This document shows positions 19,778 through 26,517 of a stretch of DNA of 33,359 nucleotides, one piece after another. Within the stretch, counting starts at the first letter, position 1, and each line of letters begins with the position of its first letter. The notes under the pieces were generated by a model. It ran no database searches, was not told the DNA's origin, and worked only from the letters and a program-made list of their open reading frames with translations. The stretch is from a virus (taxonomy: Duplodnaviria > Caudoviricetes): the IMG/VR virus record IMGVR_UViG_3300032053_000290, positions 1 to 33,359 of that record. The stretch is one strand, 5' to 3'. The position numbers and the translations under genes are program-made.

Positions 19778-20034
19778 ATATATTTATTAATTATATTCCA
19801 TATTCTATCCAATGAATCATCATCTATAGTCTCATTATAAGTATTTAAATGTTTAGGACTAGATGGAACCCATCTCCATTTTCCATGATGAGCATTTGCC
19901 CAAAGTTGGTTATGAGAATCAAGTTTATCTCCATTGTAAATTACTTTGTAAAATACAGAACCATAAGAATCAACATATCCAACTATCCATTTTATAGCAG
20001 GACTATATTTTAATAATTCTTTGAGATTAATCAT
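19774..20034 (-). CDS. Leader + small unknown domain
   Basis: 86 aa, MINLKELLKYS start, 4-bp overlaps at both ends. Confidence 0.7.
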   Translation of the reverse strand: MINLKELLKYSPAIKWIVGYVDSYGSVFYKVIYNGDKLDSHNQLWANAHHGKWRWVPSSPKHLNTYNETIDDDSLDRIWNIINKYI

Positions 20035-20654
20035 GCTCGTCTTTTATTGTTTATGAAATATTCTATTGATGTTTCTTTTGAATTATCATATACTTTTACT
20101 TTTCTAACTAACAATGGTGCATTTTTCAAAAATCGAATTTCTTTTTCATCATCACCGCCAGTAATATCCATTCTCGAAAACATTGTTCCTGTCCAATCAA
20201 CATTTTTTAATTCTATGAGTGCTTCATATGTGCATTTAAATGATTTACTTCCAGTATGCTTCCCCCAATGAGATTCGGCAGCGTGTTCTTCCACGGCCCA
20301 ATAAATACCCAATTGATTTAATGTTCTTGGGTCAACTGATTGTGGTAGTATGATTTCTCTCCAACAAAATTTACCATCTAATAATTTATATGAATAAACA
20401 ATATCATCATATCGTTCGAGATTATATTGTCTTATATCATTCTCAATTTCTTCGCTCCACGGTGCGTCATCATCTTGCATTCTTGCTTTCATGTCATATC
20501 TAAATCCATCGCTATCTTTCAATTCAGTCCATATTTCTTCAAATGATGGAATTTTATTAGAACTGTGCAATTTAGTCTGTTTAAAAAGATAATCCTTCTT
20601 CAATTCTTTTTGTCTCCCTGTTAATTCCGATAATAGTGATTTTAATTTAATCAT
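20031..20654 (-). CDS. Leader + putative ADP-ribosyltransferase-like domain (R...ExE type)
   Basis: CWREI...LGIYWA...A..HWG...VDWTGT...DEKEIRF: Arg on the first strand, aromatic central strand, terminal ExE. Confidence 0.5.
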   Translation of the reverse strand: MIKLKSLLSELTGRQKELKKDYLFKQTKLHSSNKIPSFEEIWTELKDSDGFRYDMKARMQDDDAPWSEEIENDIRQYNLERYDDIVYSYKLLDGKFCWREIILPQSVDPRTLNQLGIYWAVEEHAAESHWGKHTGSKSFKCTYEALIELKNVDWTGTMFSRMDITGGDDEKEIRFLKNAPLLVRKVKVYDNSKETSIEYFINNKRRA

Positions 20655-21190
20655 ATTTTCTCAATCCAAAATTCTTCGGAATTTAATGATTTGCCATTCA
20701 ATGGACTTTTTAATATTTGTTTATATGGAATCTTATATTTCAATAACATAGTTCCAAGTATCCGTTGATATAATCTTTGTCGATTTTCTTCATCTGCGGT
20801 AAAGCATATATACCTTATATTTTCTTCCTTTAAATAGTAATTTAATAATGACAATACCTTTGATAGAACTTTAAATGGATTTCCGGTATCAGTAATTCCC
20901 ACCTGACTTTTTCTAAATGCAATTTGATATTGCTGATCATTTCGAAAATAATCTTTTTTAGGTGTTTTAGGATTATTTAATAACAGAAATTTTATATCAG
21001 CAATTTTTTCATCTTTAAATAATGATAAATTAATTTCCAATTTATATTTCATATTTCCTATTTGAAATGGTATGTTTTTTCCACCAAGTGTCTTTATATT
21101 ATTTATGTCCTCTGGTGATGGATCATCAATAGTCAACCCTTCAAGAAACTTATCCTCAATTGATTCAAATAGTGATTTTAATTTAATCAT
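20651..21190 (-). CDS. Leader + unknown domain; distant paralogue of 18675..19190
   Basis: GITDTGNPFKVLSKV...ICFTADEENRQRLY. Confidence 0.65.
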   Translation of the reverse strand: MIKLKSLFESIEDKFLEGLTIDDPSPEDINNIKTLGGKNIPFQIGNMKYKLEINLSLFKDEKIADIKFLLLNNPKTPKKDYFRNDQQYQIAFRKSQVGITDTGNPFKVLSKVLSLLNYYLKEENIRYICFTADEENRQRLYQRILGTMLLKYKIPYKQILKSPLNGKSLNSEEFWIEKI

Positions 21191-21914
21191 TGTTTAACTC
21201 CACATATCCAAGTTCTTTTATCCACCATATAAAAGATTGCAAATTATTTGTCAAATAAAAAAACAAAGGATTTTTACTTCTACGAAAACTCCATTTATAA
21301 TCAAATAATTTTTCATCATTCACTTCCCAGTCCTCTTTATTTCCTGTTAAAATAGGAGATGTTTTATATATACTCGCTCTAACAGGGTCCCCTTTATTAT
21401 CATATATTATGTAAATCTCATCGTTATTAGATCCAACATTAGTTCCAAGAAAGGATACTTCGGAAAATCCATTGGTGGTAGATTCATTTATTCTAGTTCC
21501 CAAATCTTTTATATCAACATAATCATAATCTCTATCCGAAAATGTCTTTAATCTATCCCACATTTTGACGGCATCGGTTTGTCTATTATTTTTACAAGAT
21601 ACCAATCCTTTAAATTTATTTTTTTGGGCATATTTTAATGCTTCTCTATATAACAAATAACCATATCCCTCTCCTTTTGTTAATGCATAGACATCGCTTA
21701 CATACAAATAATTTGGTTTTGGAGGCATAGAATTTAATTCGTCATATGGAGTATAATTCCATATTTGTATTTTACCTATTTTATTATCACTAACCCATAT
21801 TTCAATTGCAACTTTTCCTTCTTGATATTTCTCAATATTAAGCGAAAGTTTTTTCTCACGTTCTAATTTAAACGCTTCTTTCTCTTCGCTTAATAATGTT
21901 CTCAATTTAATCAT
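21183..21914 (-). CDS. Leader + GNAT-like acetyltransferase + unknown C-terminal domain
   Basis: KGEGYGYLLYREAL...AVKMWDRL; N-terminal ~145 aa clearly paralogous to the gene starting at 17689. Confidence 0.75.
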   Translation of the reverse strand: MIKLRTLLSEEKEAFKLEREKKLSLNIEKYQEGKVAIEIWVSDNKIGKIQIWNYTPYDELNSMPPKPNYLYVSDVYALTKGEGYGYLLYREALKYAQKNKFKGLVSCKNNRQTDAVKMWDRLKTFSDRDYDYVDIKDLGTRINESTTNGFSEVSFLGTNVGSNNDEIYIIYDNKGDPVRASIYKTSPILTGNKEDWEVNDEKLFDYKWSFRRSKNPLFFYLTNNLQSFIWWIKELGYVELNND

Positions 21915-24070
21915 TTGTTTTTTAAATATGTTTTGATTAAATCCAAATATTCTTCTTTTGTAGTATTTGGTGATTCTAACTGTTTATCACGAACTAAATC
22001 TAATAATTCTTTATACAATGGACCAGGAGCAAGACCTAACTGCTTTAAGTCTTCACCGCCGACAGGCAATTTCTGTCCCTTAACTGGAATTGAAGATCTC
22101 AACTGTTCAATTCTTTTTAATATATTTGGTATCTGATTTGGCATAGAACTGGTAGGAGAATGTGCCACATTATCAGAATGCACAATATCCAAAACATCTT
22201 CAAGATGTTCTCCCATATCTACCACAAATTTTCGCAATGTTTTATCAGTCAATTTTTCACCTTCTTTACCACCTTGCTTCAATCTCATATGATTTTTTAC
22301 TGCCAATACAACAGGTTCGATAATATCATTAGGATATTTCAATGCAGTTAAAATACTTCTTGCCATTTCTGAACCAACGTTTTCATGGTCATAGAAATGA
22401 ACTTCATTATTCACAACTGTTCTAGTAGTAACTTTACCAATATCATGTAATAATGCACCTAGACGATTAATCAAGTTTGGTTTAGTCTTGGATAAGACTG
22501 TTAGAATATGAGAGAATACATCTTCATCATGATGTTTATTCTGTATCATACCAACTGCGTTCTGCAAATCTTGAGAAACATGAGGCAATAATCCGGTATC
22601 TTTCAATAATCTAATTCCACGAGTTGGATCTTTAGATAAAAGAATTTTATTCAGTTCATCTCGCACACGTTCCTTTGAAGTATTTCCCAATCTATGAAGA
22701 TTTTTCTTAATCCCATCTACAACTTCAGGAGATAATTCAAATCCCAATTGTGTAGCAAATCGGATTGCCCTAAACATGCGAAGAGCATCATCCGTATAAA
22801 TAATAGATGGATCGATAGGAGTACGAATGATTCCATTCTTTAAATCAGACAGACCCTTTCCAGTTGGATCAATAACTTTTCCAGTAGAAATATCTTTATA
22901 TAATGCATTGAAAGTTAGATCCCTTCTACTTGCATCAACTCCAATATCATCTGTATATTGAACCGTTGGTTTCCTTGAAGTTGGATCATGATACTGCTCT
23001 TTTCTAAACATCACCGCATCAACAGATTCTCCTGTAAAATCTATTCCATTATGTATCACTCCATCCAATCTAAGATTAGCAGTTCCAAAAGTCGGAAATA
23101 TTACCGGATTAGTTTCGAGTTTGAAAATCCCAAGTTTCTTTCCTAACCAAGTAGTAAATTGTACTCCACCTTGATATTTTCCTACAACAACATCAGCATC
23201 TTTAGGTGCTTTACCCATTAGTTCATCACGTACAAATCCTCCCACGAGAAAGACTTTTCCTTCCCATTCACTTCCTTTAATCATATCTCTAAGAAGAGAT
23301 TCTAAATCTTTTGGTGTTGCTCTTGCTTCCATAATTAACTCTTTATTTTCTTTTAATTGTGTAATTGCATGTCCTAAATCTGGTGACTTTTCTATAGTCT
23401 TATATATCTTTTCCCATTGTTCCTTCTCTCTCCATAACTTACTCAATTCTGCTTGAATCTGCATTTGTCGAGCATGACCTGTCCCTTGACTATCTAATCT
23501 ATCCCATTCACCATTTAGAACTTCAATTTTAGATTCAATAGTATCTAACCTAATTCCCTCGTCTAATCCTACATTATTTAATTGAGATTTCCAAGTTAAA
23601 TCAGAACCTTTCGCTGGTTCTCCTAATTTGGAAATCCATACTCTACTCCAATCTTTGGATTTGTCAACATCAAATCCTTTATAATCATCTTTTACCCATA
23701 ACCATTTATGATGCCATATATTATTTGATTCACCCCTTTTAGGTGAAGATTCTCCATTGAGAAATACTGTAATATATTCTCCTACATGAGGTTCACGAGC
23801 GGCATCAAAATCAGATGCTTCGTCAAATCGAATAACGTTTCGCTTTACATCCCACATTAATGTATTGTAATTGAAATCAGGATTCGAACGTGTCATTATG
23901 TCTAATGCTTTATCTAATATCTTCTTCGGTATTATTTCGCTTGCATATAATTTATGAACATATAATGCACTTCCAACTTGTTTTCCTACATTATTATGAT
24001 AACGTCGAATTGATGAACCATTTGGGGTCTTTAATGTAGATTCATTTAATAATGACTTGAGTTTTATCAT
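21911..24070 (-). CDS. cca: Leader + accessory domain + helical linker + class II CCA tRNA nucleotidyltransferase with HD domain
   Basis: FLVGGFVRD...KDADV (DxD), RRDLTFNAL, DDALRMFRAIRFA, SKERVRDEL, H...LLHDIGK...HENVG...HM. Lacks the GRRF poly(A) polymerase signature. Confidence 0.9.
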   Translation of the reverse strand: MIKLKSLLNESTLKTPNGSSIRRYHNNVGKQVGSALYVHKLYASEIIPKKILDKALDIMTRSNPDFNYNTLMWDVKRNVIRFDEASDFDAAREPHVGEYITVFLNGESSPKRGESNNIWHHKWLWVKDDYKGFDVDKSKDWSRVWISKLGEPAKGSDLTWKSQLNNVGLDEGIRLDTIESKIEVLNGEWDRLDSQGTGHARQMQIQAELSKLWREKEQWEKIYKTIEKSPDLGHAITQLKENKELIMEARATPKDLESLLRDMIKGSEWEGKVFLVGGFVRDELMGKAPKDADVVVGKYQGGVQFTTWLGKKLGIFKLETNPVIFPTFGTANLRLDGVIHNGIDFTGESVDAVMFRKEQYHDPTSRKPTVQYTDDIGVDASRRDLTFNALYKDISTGKVIDPTGKGLSDLKNGIIRTPIDPSIIYTDDALRMFRAIRFATQLGFELSPEVVDGIKKNLHRLGNTSKERVRDELNKILLSKDPTRGIRLLKDTGLLPHVSQDLQNAVGMIQNKHHDEDVFSHILTVLSKTKPNLINRLGALLHDIGKVTTRTVVNNEVHFYDHENVGSEMARSILTALKYPNDIIEPVVLAVKNHMRLKQGGKEGEKLTDKTLRKFVVDMGEHLEDVLDIVHSDNVAHSPTSSMPNQIPNILKRIEQLRSSIPVKGQKLPVGGEDLKQLGLAPGPLYKELLDLVRDKQLESPNTTKEEYLDLIKTYLKNK

Positions 24071-24432
24071 ATTGCTTCTGTTTTTAAAATTTTTATTTGT
24101 TTAGTATTCCAAACGAAGCAGTCAAAATTAGTATCATTATCATCTGGTAAAATTACACCATCATATCCATCTCTACGCAATTCTCCAATTGATTTTTTAT
24201 GATATTCATCCCATCCCGCAGGATTATTCATAATCACTTCCGCAGTTATTAAATATTTTCTCCCATACGCCCCATTTTCGCCACTAGCAATACTATTTTT
24301 ATCAGATGTAAACCATATGATTCCTTGAGTACTCCTATTCAAATCAAATTTCTTGAATAAAACACCTGTTCCATGATATACTATCATCTTCTTAGAACTA
24401 TCTTCTCTTAATAATTCTTTAAGCTTTATCAT
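24067..24432 (-). CDS. Leader + ADP-ribosyltransferase-like domain (polyvalent-protein type)
   Basis: VYHGT...FKKFD...GIIWFTSD...GYDGVI...FVWNTKQIK. Confidence 0.7.
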   Translation of the reverse strand: MIKLKELLREDSSKKMIVYHGTGVLFKKFDLNRSTQGIIWFTSDKNSIASGENGAYGRKYLITAEVIMNNPAGWDEYHKKSIGELRRDGYDGVILPDDNDTNFDCFVWNTKQIKILKTEAI

Positions 24433-24824
24433 AAATTTTGAACTACTCCTTTTAAGATTATACCATTATCAATCGGTCTCCAATTAGATATATTATTTGA
24501 ATCCTTTGGTTTAGCACCATTGATTCGATTTATAGCAATGGTTATATGAGGATATTTATTATTCGTCTTTCTATCATATCCACTTACTTTAACTGCTATT
24601 GCTTTATCGTCTTTCCCAAATTCATCTACTTTCAATTGAACAGGTTTTTCTGTATCATCTGTTAATCCAAATGGATTTATAGTCATATGATGTGCAATTA
24701 TTTCCCATCCTTCCGGAATCTCAGATTTATATGTGGAAATTAATAAGTCTCGTGATTGTTCATCTATTACAACCGCAGAGTATCTTTTGTTGGATTGAGA
24801 TATAATTTCTTTAAGTTTAATCAT
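24429..24824 (-). CDS. Leader + 2H phosphodiesterase resembling tRNA-ligase-type cyclic phosphodiesterase
   Basis: Two HxT motifs (HHMTI, PHITIA) followed by KPKDSN...W. Confidence 0.8.
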   Translation of the reverse strand: MIKLKEIISQSNKRYSAVVIDEQSRDLLISTYKSEIPEGWEIIAHHMTINPFGLTDDTEKPVQLKVDEFGKDDKAIAVKVSGYDRKTNNKYPHITIAINRINGAKPKDSNNISNWRPIDNGIILKGVVQNL

Positions 24825-25342
24825 AAATAATAAAATGTTTTGTCCCCTCGATCAGAATATTCCAATGTATTAATCTTGATGCTTGGGAAACTTTTTTTCT
24901 TGTCTATGAATTTTTTTCCAGTTCCTGATTTAACATATGCCAATGTAATATGTGGGTGATATTCATCATATTCATCTTTGTTTGGCAATTTGGAAAATTG
25001 ATCATGTAATTCATGTAATTCTTTTCCACTTACATCCAATTTAACAACGTCGAATTTTTCATTTTCAAATAAACTTATCCCATCAATTTTTATTCTGAAG
25101 GGTTTAACTGACCTCAACATTTCTCGCATCTTTTTTTCAGAATAACTTTTTGTAAGTCCATACTTAACAGTCGTATGCACGTTGGTAGATCTCCCATATT
25201 CTTTCCCTTCTTTGTATACATACTTATTATCGATCAAAGAATAATTCAACTCGATTATTTCTCTGGCAGTATCATCGTCTATCTTGGCCATTAAACATCC
25301 ATAATCGTATTTTCCCTCTAGTAATAATTTTAGTTTAATCAT
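24821..25342 (-). CDS. Leader + 2H phosphoesterase, Acb1/T4 gp57B-like
   Basis: HTTVKYG and DEYHPHITLAY; the second motif resembles my recollection of the DYTPHITLSY segment of T4 gp57B. Confidence 0.75.
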   Translation of the reverse strand: MIKLKLLLEGKYDYGCLMAKIDDDTAREIIELNYSLIDNKYVYKEGKEYGRSTNVHTTVKYGLTKSYSEKKMREMLRSVKPFRIKIDGISLFENEKFDVVKLDVSGKELHELHDQFSKLPNKDEYDEYHPHITLAYVKSGTGKKFIDKKKSFPSIKINTLEYSDRGDKTFYYL

Positions 25343-25345
25343 ATT

Positions 25346-26359
25346 TTATAAATTTTTTAAGTAAGCATTGAAGAATAATTTGTTTCGACTAAGTGTATGC
25401 TTATTTCCTTTAGAATCATTGAATGAACGAATATATTCCTTTTTAGCCGTATTCCAGTCTTTATTCAAAACCGATTTTACAAATTTAGGAAATCCTTTTA
25501 AAGTGCCAAGATTATAAGCATAATCCATAAGAATTTCTTCCTGATGTTTGTCAAGTGGAATTTGAACTCCAAACATATGCTTTATATCAGAATATACTCG
25601 TTTTCTTGCAATTGATAAATCATTAGACAATAATCTATCACATTCACTATTACTTATTCCATTTGTAAATTTACTCGTCTCACTACTCGTCATTTTATGA
25701 CCATACCCTATTTCAGGAAGTCCTCCTTCTGGTGCTTCGTGCGGAAACCATTTCCCATGTTTAAACCCTATTTTCTGAGCATTTTCCACGGATTTTATAT
25801 AATCCATGAATTTTGGTGAAATAGCATGTGCTGACTGAACAATTGCTGGTGGTGTATTAGATATCATAGTTTCAGATACAGTATGCCTTCTTTTATTGAT
25901 TAAGTCAACAATTTTCTTTATTTTATCCCCACTATGTAAAATAAGTGCTTGTATTCCAAAGTGAATTGGTTCCTTCCATTCTCCAAATTCAACCCATGCC
26001 GAATTATCATTTTCTAAATTTAATCGTGGAGTAAATTCGAACGGCACAACTATGATATAGTTATGATATTTGAAATTGCCATCTTGATAAGTGTAAATGT
26101 GTGATATATTATATTGCTCTTTAAACCCAGTTTCTTCTTCAATTTCACGATGAAGAGCATCTTTTAAATTTTCAGAAGCATTTACCCTTCCTCCAATAGT
26201 TCCCCATGTTCCTGGTTCATCAGAGTCAGATGATCGCTTTACCATAAGAATTCTTCCCGTATCCTTAGCAATAAGCAATGCTCCTACTCCTTTATCTCCA
26301 TAGTATTCGCCTTCCGGATTTCCAGATTCTTCATTAAAAAAATTTTTATAAGTAAACAT
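25346..26359 (-). CDS. Nudix hydrolase fused to phage (GH24-type) lysozyme
   Basis: Complete Nudix box GGRVNASENLKDALHREIEEETG; C-terminal YIKSVE...IGYGH...LL..DL...MDYAYNLG...FPKF..V...DW..A..E. Confidence 0.85.
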   Translation of the reverse strand: MFTYKNFFNEESGNPEGEYYGDKGVGALLIAKDTGRILMVKRSSDSDEPGTWGTIGGRVNASENLKDALHREIEEETGFKEQYNISHIYTYQDGNFKYHNYIIVVPFEFTPRLNLENDNSAWVEFGEWKEPIHFGIQALILHSGDKIKKIVDLINKRRHTVSETMISNTPPAIVQSAHAISPKFMDYIKSVENAQKIGFKHGKWFPHEAPEGGLPEIGYGHKMTSSETSKFTNGISNSECDRLLSNDLSIARKRVYSDIKHMFGVQIPLDKHQEEILMDYAYNLGTLKGFPKFVKSVLNKDWNTAKKEYIRSFNDSKGNKHTLSRNKLFFNAYLKNL

Positions 26360-26517
26360 GATAATAGTGGTGGATGCCGTTATTGGATTTACAATAGACT
26401 ACCACAATTCAATGCCTCCAATTTGAAATAAGGCATTAATATAAATAAATATGACTGATTTAGCTTATAAACTCTATATTTATTAAGAGACAATGAATTT
26501 CTAACTAAATTAATATA

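Larger units (their letters stand above)
16418..26359 (-). other. Array of 14 coupled genes with a shared N-terminal leader; putative capsid-packaged effector locus
   Basis: Thirteen consecutive starts read MI(K/N)L; 11 have a hydrophobic-x-E ending at residue 9-10; 12 junctions overlap by 4 or 8 bp; first gene begins MFTYKNFFNEE. Confidence 0.8.

Noticed and set aside
21911-23326. Poly(A) polymerase rather than CCA-adding enzyme
   Set aside because: No GRRF-type signature and an HD domain is present. CC- or A-only specificity cannot be excluded by eye.
16418-25342. Integron-type cassette array or Sec signal peptides as explanation of the shared starts
   Set aside because: No intergenic space for attC sites and no integrase in the window; the tags lack a hydrophobic core and AxA site.
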